The position numbers were made by a program, and so were the translations under genes. Shown piece by piece: positions 9,699 to 19,249 of a DNA stretch of 58,648 bases (the first letter of the stretch is position 1; each line of letters begins with the position of its first letter). The notes beneath the pieces were generated by a model, which saw only the letters and a list, made by a program, of their open reading frames with translations, did not search any database and was not told the DNA's origin. The DNA is taken from assembly GCA_038330285.1 (NCBI GenBank), contig JBBQNU010000001.1:1-58648 (forward strand), read 5' to 3'. Source of the DNA: Hyphomicrobiales bacterium. GTDB taxonomy: Bacteria > Pseudomonadota > Alphaproteobacteria > Rhizobiales > Aestuariivirgaceae.

Positions 9699-10061
9699 AT
9701 GGTTGAGTTGTTTGCGATTTTCCCGTGGTGGGTCATCCTCATTGACTATGTACTCGGAATGGTCATGTGGACCCTGATTGGGCGCGCCGCCATGGGATTC
9801 TTTCTCCCGGAAAATTCCACGTTCTTCTTCATGCGGTTTTTTGTGAGATCGACCGACCCTGTCATCCGGGTGTTCAGGCCGATCACGCCGGGTTTCCTGA
9901 TTCCGCAGATGGTGCCCCTCTACGTCGCATGGTTCTTCTTTATGGTCCGCTTTTATCTCATGCCGTGGCTGCTCGGCTATTCGGTCATGGGCATGCTTTC
10001 CTTTCCATTGGAAAGCGAAGTGGCGGCATTTATCTACAAAATCTTGACTCCTGTGCCGTGA
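9699..10061 (+). CDS. Small membrane protein, YggT-like
   Basis: Hydrophobic helices with YggT-like F..STDPVIR..R.I.P motif. Confidence 0.7.
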   Translation: MVELFAIFPWWVILIDYVLGMVMWTLIGRAAMGFFLPENSTFFFMRFFVRSTDPVIRVFRPITPGFLIPQMVPLYVAWFFFMVRFYLMPWLLGYSVMGMLSFPLESEVAAFIYKILTPVP

Positions 10062-10205
10062 CCATCCGGTTAGGCTTTGCAGCACTGCGGCCCCGGTTTT
10101 CTTTTCGCCGGTTTATTGTTAGGCTCATCATGTGACGCTTCTTGTCCATAGCTGGTTCCTTCGACTGCCGGACCGAACCGCCGCATTGTCGCGGCCGGAG
10201 AATCC

Positions 10206-12302
10206 ATGAAACAAGAGCACCCCGTGGCGACAGCGGCAACGCCCCTGCTGTCCCTGACAGCCATTGCCCTTGATACCGAAACCACCTCACTGGACGTCAG
10301 CCATGCCCGCATTCTGGAAATCGGCGCCATTGCCATTCTGAATGGCAGGCTTGCTCCCGAGACGCATTTTGCCTCTTTGGTTAATCCGGGTGCGGCAATT
10401 CCACCGGAGTCGATTGCAATTCATGGCATCACCGATGACGCAGTGAAATCGGCCGAAAGTTTTGCCCAGGTCTACCGGCAATACCGCGACTTTGCCGGTG
10501 GCCATGTGGTTCTGGGTTATGCCGTGGGCTTTGATCTCGCCATGCTGCGGAGCGAGCATGAGCGCGCCGGTCTGGCCTGGAAGGCCCCGCGATTTATTGA
10601 CGTGCTCGATCTGGCGCGAGCGCTCAGGCCCGATCTGCCGAACTTCTCCCTCGAAACGCTGGGCGCCTGGCTCGGCATTGCGGTGGTTGACCGCCATCGC
10701 GCTCTCCCTGATGCAAGGCTGGCAGCGGAAGTTTTTCTGGCCCTCCTGCCACGTCTTCGGAAAAATTCCATCCGCACCCTGGCTGAAGCCGAGGATGCCT
10801 GCCGAAAGCACGTCCCGCCTTCGGGCGTGGCCGGCTGGCATGAAGCTGTGCCGCCGCCGTTAAGTCCCGTTCGCGTCGACAGCTATCCCTACCGGCACCG
10901 GGCCAGGGACGTGATGTCAAAGCCGCCGGTATTTGCTGCCCCGTCAATGAGCATTCGCGAAGCCCTTGCAATGCTCGTGCGCCGCAAGGTGAGTTCGCTC
11001 TTTATCGCGCGGGATAAGCCAGGCGCCCCCCACGGCATTGTAACCGAACGTGACATTCTCCGTGCCATCGACAACGATGCTGCGAAGGCTTTCGCAAAGC
11101 CGGTGAAAAGCATCGCCACATACCCGCTCGAGTGTGTATCCCAAGAAGATTTTCTCTACATCGCCTTCGGGCGCATGCGGCGCAAGAAATACCGTCACAT
11201 GGGCGTGGTCGACGCGGAAGGCGAACTTGTCGGCGCCATCACTCAACGAGATCTGCTGCGCCTGCAGGCCGATGAGGCCCTCGCATTTGCCGACGCGCTT
11301 GGTGAAGCCGCAGGCCTTGAAGAGCTTGCCATGGTCTGGCGGAAACTGGCGAACGCCGCTCGCTCCCTCCTGCATGAAGATGTGGATCCCCGCGACATAG
11401 CCGGAATCATTTCGGGCGAAGTGCGCAGCCTGACGGCTCGCGCCGCAACCCTGGCGGAACACGAGGTATCTGCTGCCTTTCCGAAACCGAAGGGCCTGCG
11501 CTTTGCGGTGATGGTCCTGGGTTCGGTGGGCCGCGGCGAAAGCCTGCTGGCCCTTGACCAGGACAACGCAGTTATATTTGACGCCGCAGATGAGCCAAAA
11601 GCCGAAGCCTGGCTCTTGAAGTTTGGCCAGCGCATGAACGCCATTCTTGACGAGGTGGGCGTTCCCCTTTGCAAGGGCGGCGTGATGGCGGGCAACCCGG
11701 CCTGGTGCAAATCCGCCGGCCCGTGGCGCAAGCAGGTGGCCCATTGGCTGTCCCGGGCTGAGCCGCAGGACATCCTGAATTCCGACATCTTCTTCGATGC
11801 CTTGCCGGTATACGGCGATCATGGCTTGGTTGATGACCTGCGGCGTGACGCCATTGAGACCGCCTCCAGGGCAGTGCCCTTCCTGCGCCTCATGGATATG
11901 AATGCCGCGAAGGCGCGTCCTCCGATCAACTGGCTTGGCCGCTTCAGCCTGGAAGAAGATGGCCGCATGGATTTGAAAATGCATGGCATCATGCCGATCT
12001 TCTCGGCAGCCCGTGTTTTGGCACTGCGCCACGCCCTGCTTGAACATTCCACGGCCGCCAGATTGGCTGCGCTGCGCGGCAAGCCGGAAGTTCTTGAAGA
12101 AAGGATTGATGGGCTTCTCGAAGCGCACCAGATTATCCTGCGCGCCATTCTCCAGCAGCAGCTTGCCGACATCGAGCAAGGCATTCCGCCTTCAAACCGA
12201 GTCGATCCAAAGAAACTCCACGCTCCCGAAAAGGCCCATCTCATGTGGGCCTTGAAACAGGTGCCGCTGGTGCGCGATGTGCTGGGCGTTCCCATCGTCT
12301 AA
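10206..12302 (+). CDS. DEDDh exonuclease-CBS-DUF294 putative nucleotidyltransferase fusion
   Basis: N-terminal LDTETT / FDLAML / HRALPDA (DEDDh); CBS pair (DVMS.P, GIVTERDI, VGAITQRDL); NTase motif GSVGRGE...DQDN; CKGGVMAGNP.W, IFFD and DLK..G..PI (DUF294_C). Confidence 0.9.
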   Translation: MKQEHPVATAATPLLSLTAIALDTETTSLDVSHARILEIGAIAILNGRLAPETHFASLVNPGAAIPPESIAIHGITDDAVKSAESFAQVYRQYRDFAGGHVVLGYAVGFDLAMLRSEHERAGLAWKAPRFIDVLDLARALRPDLPNFSLETLGAWLGIAVVDRHRALPDARLAAEVFLALLPRLRKNSIRTLAEAEDACRKHVPPSGVAGWHEAVPPPLSPVRVDSYPYRHRARDVMSKPPVFAAPSMSIREALAMLVRRKVSSLFIARDKPGAPHGIVTERDILRAIDNDAAKAFAKPVKSIATYPLECVSQEDFLYIAFGRMRRKKYRHMGVVDAEGELVGAITQRDLLRLQADEALAFADALGEAAGLEELAMVWRKLANAARSLLHEDVDPRDIAGIISGEVRSLTARAATLAEHEVSAAFPKPKGLRFAVMVLGSVGRGESLLALDQDNAVIFDAADEPKAEAWLLKFGQRMNAILDEVGVPLCKGGVMAGNPAWCKSAGPWRKQVAHWLSRAEPQDILNSDIFFDALPVYGDHGLVDDLRRDAIETASRAVPFLRLMDMNAAKARPPINWLGRFSLEEDGRMDLKMHGIMPIFSAARVLALRHALLEHSTAARLAALRGKPEVLEERIDGLLEAHQIILRAILQQQLADIEQGIPPSNRVDPKKLHAPEKAHLMWALKQVPLVRDVLGVPIV

Positions 12303-12358
12303 ATAGCCGGTTCCAGTCCGGCATTTCCATTCGTAAGGTTTTCGCATAGGCTCGGCCC

Positions 12359-15300
12359 ATGCTGCAAAGCTGGATGATCTTCTTCTTCGGGCTGGCCTAT
12401 TTGGGCGGCCTTTTTGCCGTTGCAACCTGGGGTGACCGGCCCGCCAACCGGCGAAAACCCGGATCTCCTCGCCCCTTCATCTATGCCCTGTCGCTTGGCG
12501 TCTACTGCACCTCATGGACCTATTTCGGCAGTGTCGGCATCGCCTCCCGTTCCGGTTTTGATTTCCTGCCGATCTACATCGGCCCCATCCTGGTTTTCGC
12601 CCTCGGCTGGCCGCTTCTGCAGCGCATCGCCGAAATTGCCAAACGCCAGAACATTGCCTCCATCGCGGATTTCCTCGCGGCCCGCTATGGCAAGAGCGAG
12701 GCCCTGGGCGCCCTCGTTGCGGCGGTCGCAACCATTGGCGTGGTGCCCTATATCTCGATCCAGCTTAAGGCCGTGTCGCAGTCCCTGCAGACCCTGATCA
12801 CCGATCCGCTGTTTCCCGAGGCCATCATGCCGGGCGTGCCGGGCTCCGACGGATTGTCCATGCTGGTGGCTCTCACCATGGGCGTCTTCGCCATTCTATT
12901 TGGCACCCGCCACATTGATACCACCGAACATCAGGACGGCATGATCCTCGCCATCTCGGTTGAATCCATCGTCAAGCTCGTGGCCTTCGTGGCGGTGGGG
13001 CTGTTCGTGACCCTCTCGATGATGGGCGGCTTTGAAAAACTCGCGGCCCACGTAATCTCGGACCCCCAGGTCAAGGCCGTGCTGGCGAGCGGCTTGAGCG
13101 GCACCCGTTGGGTGACACTCACCCTTCTTGCGGCAGTCGCCATTATCCTCCTGCCCCGGCAGTTTCATGTGGCGGTTGTCGAAAATGCCACCCCATCGGA
13201 CATCCGCCGTGCCGCTTGGCTGTTTCCACTCTATCTTGTCGCCATCAATATCTTCGTCATCCCCATCGCCATTGCCGGCCTCGCCTTTCTGCCAGCGAGT
13301 GCCGATGGCGACATGTTCGTGCTGGCCCTGCCGGTCAGCGCCCAGAGCAGCTTCTTTGCCATGGTGGCCTTCATCGGCGGCCTCTCGGCTTCTACCGCTA
13401 TGGTGGTTGTTGAAACCATCGCGCTCTCCATCATGATCTGCAACAACCTCGTCGTGCCCCTGCTGCTCCGCCAGCGCACCGAGCGCCCGGAACTTCTCCA
13501 TGACATGGGCAAGACCCTGATCACCATCAGGCGGCTGGCCATCGGCCTCGTGCTGGTGCTGGCCTATGGCTACTACCGGATGATCGGCTCGACGGCGGCC
13601 TTGGCCCAGGTCGGCCTGATCTCCTTTGCCGCCGTGGCCCAGTTCGCGCCTGCCTTCTTTGGCGCTCTCATGTGGAAACGCGCCACGTCCCGCGGCGCCA
13701 TGGCAGGCCTCACGGCCGGGGCTCTCGTTTGGGGTTATACTTTGTTGCTGCCGTCTTTTGCCGATGCCGGTTGGATGGGCAAGGGCCTGATCGAGCAGGG
13801 GCCGTTCGGCGTGGATTTTCTCCGGCCCCGGATGCTGTTCAACATGGAGATGGATGCCTTGAGCCACGGCGTGCTGTGGAGCCTTGCCGCAAACATCTGT
13901 GCCTATGTTGGCTTTTCCCTGAGCCGCTTGCCCAGCCCCATCGAGCGCATCCAGGCCGCAAGCTTTGTAACCCGCGAATTGATCGTGGGCACTGGCACGG
14001 GCTTCCGCCTCTGGCGCACTGCCGTCACCGTGGAAAAGCTGGAGCAGACAGTGGCGCGTTATCTGGGCGAGGCCCGGGCCAAATCCGCCTTTGCCGAATT
14101 CTTCGCCCAGCGCGGTGTCGCGCAAAAGCCGGCGCTGGAAGCCGATGTACGCATGCTGCGCTTTGCCGAGCATCTCCTGGCCCGCGCCGTGGGCGTCGCC
14201 TCATCGCGCCTTGTCATGGCGCTGCTGCTCGAGCGCCATTCGGCCCATCCCCGCGGCGCCATGCGGCTGCTCGATGATGCCTCCGCCGCCATCCAGCACA
14301 ACCGCGACCTGCTGCAGTCAGCCATCGACAATGTCGAACAGGGCATCGCGGTGTTTGATTCCGAAATGAACCTGAGCTGCTGGAACGCCAGCTTTCAGGA
14401 TCATCTCAAGCTCAGCAATGAATTGGGCCGCGTGGGCGCCCCCATGCGCGAGATCGTCCTGGAATTCCTCCGCACCACCGAAAGCGGCGAAGCAAGCCTT
14501 GAAGACCGGTTGCGCAAGATGGCCATGACCCACGAGCATTTCCGCGAGCGCCTGAGCGACAGCGGCCAGGTGCTGGAAGTGAGATCGAATGCCATTCCCG
14601 ATGGCGGCGTCGTCATCACCTTCAATGATGCCACCGAAAGCGTGCGCGCCGCCGAAACCCTGCAGAAATCCAACGAGGAACTGGAGCGCCGTGTGGTCCA
14701 GCGCACCATGGAACTTACAAGGCTGAATGATGAACTGGCCGTGGCCAAGGCCGCCGCCGAGTCTGCCAATCTCGGCAAGACCAGGTTCATCGCCGCGGCG
14801 AGCCACGACATCTTGCAGCCGCTCAATGCGGCGCGCCTGTTTACCTCCAGCCTGGTGGAGCGCCTCAAGCGTTCCAACGATGGTGCTCTCGCGCGCAACG
14901 TCGACACCTCTCTCGAAGCGGTCGAGGAAATCCTGACTGCACTTCTTGATATTTCGCGCCTCGACGCGGGCGTCATGCTGCCGGAACTGTCGATCTTCCG
15001 CATTGACGATCTCATGGAAACCCTGAGCACCGAATATGCCCCTGCCGCCTCCAAGAAAAACCTTGTGCTCAAGGCCATGCCCTGCGGTGCCACGGTTGAG
15101 ACCGACCGCAAGTTGCTGCGCCGCGTCATGCAGAATTTCATTTCTAACGCGATCAAATACACCAAGTCGGGGCGCATTCTCATGGGTTGCCGCCGCAAGG
15201 GGCGGACCTTGCGCATTGAGATTCACGACACCGGCATCGGCATCCCGGACTCCAAGCGCGAACTGGTGTTCCAGGAGTTTCAGCGTTTGGGTGACGATGG

Positions 15301-15874
15301 CGGCTCAGCCACGGGGCTCGGCCTTGGCCTGTCGATTGTCGAGCGCGTTGCCCGCATTCTTGGCAGCGAAATCACGCTGCGAACCACCCCCGGCAAAGGC
15401 AGCATGTTCGCCATCACCGTGCCCCTGTCGCACATCACCATTCCGCGCGTCCGCGGCAAGCACATGGCGCGCCAGCGGCTGGGTCTGGGCATCACCGCGT
15501 CGGTCCTGGTGATCGACGATGAACCGGCCATTCTCGACGGCATGAAGCATCTGCTCAGCGGCTGGGGCTGCACGGCCCATGTGGCGCTCGGCAGTGCGGA
15601 GGCGCTGCGGGCTTATGACATCGCCGATGGCAAGATCGACATGATCCTTGCCGATTTCCATCTCGCCAAGGAAGATGGCATTTCGCTGATCAATGAATTG
15701 CGCCGCAAGGCCAGGCGTCCCATTCCGGCAATTCTCATCACTGCTGACAGGTCGCTTGCGGTGGCCGATCAGGCGACCGTCCATGACATTCACGTGCTGC
15801 GCAAGCCTGTGAAGCCCGCCGCCCTGCGCGCCGCAATGTCCCATCTTGAAATCAAGGCCGTCGCCGGGGAATGA
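12359..15874 (+). CDS. SLC5-fused hybrid sensor histidine kinase (CrbS/PrlS/MxtR family)
   Basis: N-terminal symporter-like TM domain (YALSLGVYCTSWTYFGSVG, LLPRQFHV), STAC-like region (GVASSRLV), PAS, H-box SHDILQPLNAA, HATPase and C-terminal REC (VIDDE). Confidence 0.93.
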   Translation: MLQSWMIFFFGLAYLGGLFAVATWGDRPANRRKPGSPRPFIYALSLGVYCTSWTYFGSVGIASRSGFDFLPIYIGPILVFALGWPLLQRIAEIAKRQNIASIADFLAARYGKSEALGALVAAVATIGVVPYISIQLKAVSQSLQTLITDPLFPEAIMPGVPGSDGLSMLVALTMGVFAILFGTRHIDTTEHQDGMILAISVESIVKLVAFVAVGLFVTLSMMGGFEKLAAHVISDPQVKAVLASGLSGTRWVTLTLLAAVAIILLPRQFHVAVVENATPSDIRRAAWLFPLYLVAINIFVIPIAIAGLAFLPASADGDMFVLALPVSAQSSFFAMVAFIGGLSASTAMVVVETIALSIMICNNLVVPLLLRQRTERPELLHDMGKTLITIRRLAIGLVLVLAYGYYRMIGSTAALAQVGLISFAAVAQFAPAFFGALMWKRATSRGAMAGLTAGALVWGYTLLLPSFADAGWMGKGLIEQGPFGVDFLRPRMLFNMEMDALSHGVLWSLAANICAYVGFSLSRLPSPIERIQAASFVTRELIVGTGTGFRLWRTAVTVEKLEQTVARYLGEARAKSAFAEFFAQRGVAQKPALEADVRMLRFAEHLLARAVGVASSRLVMALLLERHSAHPRGAMRLLDDASAAIQHNRDLLQSAIDNVEQGIAVFDSEMNLSCWNASFQDHLKLSNELGRVGAPMREIVLEFLRTTESGEASLEDRLRKMAMTHEHFRERLSDSGQVLEVRSNAIPDGGVVITFNDATESVRAAETLQKSNEELERRVVQRTMELTRLNDELAVAKAAAESANLGKTRFIAAASHDILQPLNAARLFTSSLVERLKRSNDGALARNVDTSLEAVEEILTALLDISRLDAGVMLPELSIFRIDDLMETLSTEYAPAASKKNLVLKAMPCGATVETDRKLLRRVMQNFISNAIKYTKSGRILMGCRRKGRTLRIEIHDTGIGIPDSKRELVFQEFQRLGDDGGSATGLGLGLSIVERVARILGSEITLRTTPGKGSMFAITVPLSHITIPRVRGKHMARQRLGLGITASVLVIDDEPAILDGMKHLLSGWGCTAHVALGSAEALRAYDIADGKIDMILADFHLAKEDGISLINELRRKARRPIPAILITADRSLAVADQATVHDIHVLRKPVKPAALRAAMSHLEIKAVAGE

Positions 15875-15884
15875 GCGGATTTAT

Positions 15885-16451
15885 CTAGTTTGGGGCAGAC
15901 TCCTGCGCTTCTTCAGGCGCGCTATCGGCATGAAATTCCTCGGCGGCAGCTGTGCTCTTCAGCAAAGTCCGGAAGGCGGTTGCCGGCACTTGGAGGATTG
16001 TCCGGCGCGAAGGAAAGTTTCCGGCGCCCACCACGCATGTCAGGTTCAGATTGGGGAAATTGGTTAACAGATGCTCACTTCCCGGTTCAAATTCCAGACT
16101 GCCGCCAAAGGCGGATTTGTATCGCAGCTTGATGGTGCAGCACTGGGTCATTGCGCCGGCATCAAGCGTCACAGAGGCAAACGGCGTGAACCGCTGCATT
16201 TTCCGGATGATCGTGATTTCTTCCTGAGCCCAGCCAAACGCCGGGAGGGTATTGAGGCCAAGGGCCGTAAGGCAGAGAAAGGGAAAATTGGCGGGAATTC
16301 TCCCGTTATTCCTGAGTTGCACGTCGACAAGGCAGAAGCCGCGCCCGGGACTCGACGGCGAGGGCTCAAACCGCAGATAATACTGGGGTTGAATCTCCTC
16401 GGCTTGTATGTCCGGAGTGCCTGCTATTGCGTAACTGGTCGCTGGGGTCAT
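15885..16451 (-). CDS. Hypothetical protein
   Basis: 188-aa ORF filling the gap after the kinase; no family recognised. Confidence 0.55.
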   Translation of the reverse strand: MTPATSYAIAGTPDIQAEEIQPQYYLRFEPSPSSPGRGFCLVDVQLRNNGRIPANFPFLCLTALGLNTLPAFGWAQEEITIIRKMQRFTPFASVTLDAGAMTQCCTIKLRYKSAFGGSLEFEPGSEHLLTNFPNLNLTCVVGAGNFPSRRTILQVPATAFRTLLKSTAAAEEFHADSAPEEAQESAPN

Positions 16452-16674
16452 GGGCACCTGGTTGAATGAGCTGGATCAGCTTTTTAATTTAGGACCAATG
16501 CATCACTGGTGGATTAAGATACTAAGTGAATTTTCACTGAGTAGGCCCCAATCCGGCCGGCAACAGCATGGCAAACCCGTCTCTTCACAGAAGAAAAGTT
16601 CCGCACGAATACTGAAAAATGTTCGGATTTGATTAAAAATTTCTTGCAGTCGCAGGGCCACAACGCGCCTGCCG

Positions 16675-19146
16675 TCAAACTCTTAAGATCTCAGCGTCAT
16701 GTGGTGTTGACAGAAAAGGCCTGATTGAGCCATCCGCCGGCTGGAGGGGCTTGGTAATTCGCAAGGCGGATGTGCGGGGTTCACCGATAAATTCAAGGCC
16801 GATGGTTTCGCCTTTGCGCCAGCGCACGGCCGCTGAATAGAGTTTCCGCTCCGACACAATCAAAAGGCTGAAGCTCTCCGGCAAGGTTGCGTTGGCGGGA
16901 ATTCGGATGAGCGCGCCGCTGGCACTCATGTCGCGGATCTTGACGTCGATCACACAGCTCATGTTGGCCGAAATGATTTTCCCGTCTTTCAGGACCCTTT
17001 GCCGGGGGTGCCGCCGCTGGTTGTTTTCAGTTTTCGCGTACACTGGCACCAGCATTCCCGCTTTGAGCATTGTTGCGAACTGCTCCGCCGGCAGCGGCCG
17101 GCTGAAATGATAGCCTTGGGCCTCATCACAATGATGGGCGCAAAGGAACTGGAGTTCGTCCAGGGTTTCCACGCCTTCCGCAATGACTTTCAGCTTGAGG
17201 CTGTGGGCCATCCCGATGACGGCTTTCACTATGACCGAATCGTCGCCATCGGAGCTTATCTGGCGGGTGAATGACTGGTCAATCTTGAGCGCATCGACCG
17301 GAAACTTTCGCAGATAGCTCAGGCTGGAGTAGCCCGTGCCGAAGTCGTCAACGGCCACCCGGATGCCCTTGTTTCTTAATGCTTGAAGGATGGAAACCGC
17401 AGCGTCGGCGCGCTTCATGAGGACGCTTTCCGTCAGCTCCAGCTCAAGGCGGCTGGGGGGCATTCCGGTTTCAGTGAGGGTGGTGAACACGTTTTCCATA
17501 AAGTTTTCATCCGAAAACTCCATCGCTGAAACATTGACTGCCATTGTAAGTGAGGGGAGTCCCGCATCCGTCCAGGCCCGTGCCTGTTTGCACGCTTCCC
17601 GAAGCACCCAGGCGCCGATCGGGACGATTTGGCCGCTGTCTTCGGCCACCGGAATGAATTCAGCAGGCGGAACCGGTCCGCGTGTCGGATGCGTCCAGCG
17701 GATCAAGGCCTCCGCCCCGATGATGGTCCGCGTCTTCAGGTTGATCTTCGGCTGGTAATGCAGTTCGAATTCTCGCCCCGCCAGGGCGCGCCGCAGGCTC
17801 TCCTCGATCGATTGCCGCTCCACCGCCCGCACATTCATCGCCGGCTTGAAAAAGCGGTAGCTCTGGCGGCCGTTTTCCTTCGCCTGGTACATGGCGGTAT
17901 CAGCGTTCTTGATCAGCGTTTCCGCATCAAGGCCGTCATCCGGATAGACACTGATCCCGATGCTTCCAGTCACGTGCAGAACGTGGTGATCGGTGGAATG
18001 GGCCTCGGCGATGGCCTTAAGTATTCTTCCCGCTTTTGTGGCTGCATCCAGCAATTGCGTGACCTCGGTCAGCAGCACAACGAATTCATCTCCCCCTTGC
18101 CGGCTCACCGTATCGCCGGCACGGATGCAGCCGGTTAAGCGTTTGGCAACGGATTGCAGGAGCTTGTCGCCGATCGGATGCCCGAGCGAATCGTTGATAT
18201 GCTTGAAGCCATCCAGATCCAAAAACAGCACAACGACCTTTTTCTTATGGCGTGCCGCCTGGGCAATGGCGCGGCCGATGCGGTCGTTGAGGAGTGTCCG
18301 GTTCGGCAGGCCGGTCAAGAAGTCATGCTGGGCCGAATGGGCGATCTGCAGGGCTGTCGCCCGCGACGCGCTGACATCACGGAATACATAGACCGCGCCG
18401 GTCACTTCCCCGCTGGGATCATGTATGGGGGCAACCGAGTAGTCGATGGCAATTTCCTTGCCCGCGGTCGTAATCAGGGTCGAATCTGCCGACTGGGTTT
18501 CATTCCGGATTATGCCGCCTGCCATCTGCAACGGATTCGAGGTAATCACCTGCCGGGTTGAATTCAGCATGAGCAAGATGTCCGCCATGGGCCGCCCCGC
18601 CGCTTTCTGCAATGGCCAGCCTGTCATGTTTTCCGCAACCTGGTTCAGGAACGTGATGTTGCCGGAAACGTCCACGCAGACAACGGCATCGCCGATGCTG
18701 TTGAGCGTGACGTGAGCTCTTTCCCGTTCCGCGAACAGGGCCGCTTCCATGGTCGAGCGCTCGATGGCGGCGCGGGTTTGTTGGGTAATGTTCAAATGCA
18801 TGACGATCACCCCGCTGCGGCGGTCATCGGCAAAGGGCGTCACCATCAGGAGGAACCAGCGCTCCTCCGTGAGCGAGTGGCAGAGATATTCGATGGAAAA
18901 GCTCTTGGCTTCACCCCCCAGCACCGAGAGAATGCCTTGGGCAACATGGAGGGCCTCGGAGGAGTTATCGCCCTGCGCGTTGTTGCAGATCTCGAGATAG
19001 TTGAGCCCGATTTCGTGTTCCTGCGCTGCAAGTGCATTGGAGCCGGAAAACTGCCGCCACGCCTCGTTTATCGAGATGATGTAGCCCTGGTTGGTATCTT
19101 CGCACCAGGGGGTTCCGGCAGAAGTTCGGCCTCTTGAAGTCGCCAA
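16675..19146 (-). CDS. PAS-PAS-GGDEF-EAL-PilZ c-di-GMP protein, probably 5'-truncated
   Basis: HDFLTGLPNR, RAGD I-site, GGDEF, EALIRW, DDFGTGYSS; C-terminal PilZ RRHPR...DMSASG. First PAS lacks its start, and the TTG start has no RBS. Confidence 0.85.
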   Translation of the reverse strand: MATSRGRTSAGTPWCEDTNQGYIISINEAWRQFSGSNALAAQEHEIGLNYLEICNNAQGDNSSEALHVAQGILSVLGGEAKSFSIEYLCHSLTEERWFLLMVTPFADDRRSGVIVMHLNITQQTRAAIERSTMEAALFAERERAHVTLNSIGDAVVCVDVSGNITFLNQVAENMTGWPLQKAAGRPMADILLMLNSTRQVITSNPLQMAGGIIRNETQSADSTLITTAGKEIAIDYSVAPIHDPSGEVTGAVYVFRDVSASRATALQIAHSAQHDFLTGLPNRTLLNDRIGRAIAQAARHKKKVVVLFLDLDGFKHINDSLGHPIGDKLLQSVAKRLTGCIRAGDTVSRQGGDEFVVLLTEVTQLLDAATKAGRILKAIAEAHSTDHHVLHVTGSIGISVYPDDGLDAETLIKNADTAMYQAKENGRQSYRFFKPAMNVRAVERQSIEESLRRALAGREFELHYQPKINLKTRTIIGAEALIRWTHPTRGPVPPAEFIPVAEDSGQIVPIGAWVLREACKQARAWTDAGLPSLTMAVNVSAMEFSDENFMENVFTTLTETGMPPSRLELELTESVLMKRADAAVSILQALRNKGIRVAVDDFGTGYSSLSYLRKFPVDALKIDQSFTRQISSDGDDSVIVKAVIGMAHSLKLKVIAEGVETLDELQFLCAHHCDEAQGYHFSRPLPAEQFATMLKAGMLVPVYAKTENNQRRHPRQRVLKDGKIISANMSCVIDVKIRDMSASGALIRIPANATLPESFSLLIVSERKLYSAAVRWRKGETIGLEFIGEPRTSALRITKPLQPADGSIRPFLSTPHDAEILRV

Positions 19147-19249
19147 TCGGCCATAAGTGGAGCGCGCTCGACCGCGAGGCCGTAAATTACCTCTGCGAAG
19201 AGTGGGAGTGGACGTGGTCAGGCCAGGAAGTTTAACCAGGCCCGAGTAA

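Noticed and set aside
19097-19201. Possible MITE bounded by an 8-bp inverted repeat
   Set aside because: Too short, with no target duplication or second copy; kept only as a junction note.
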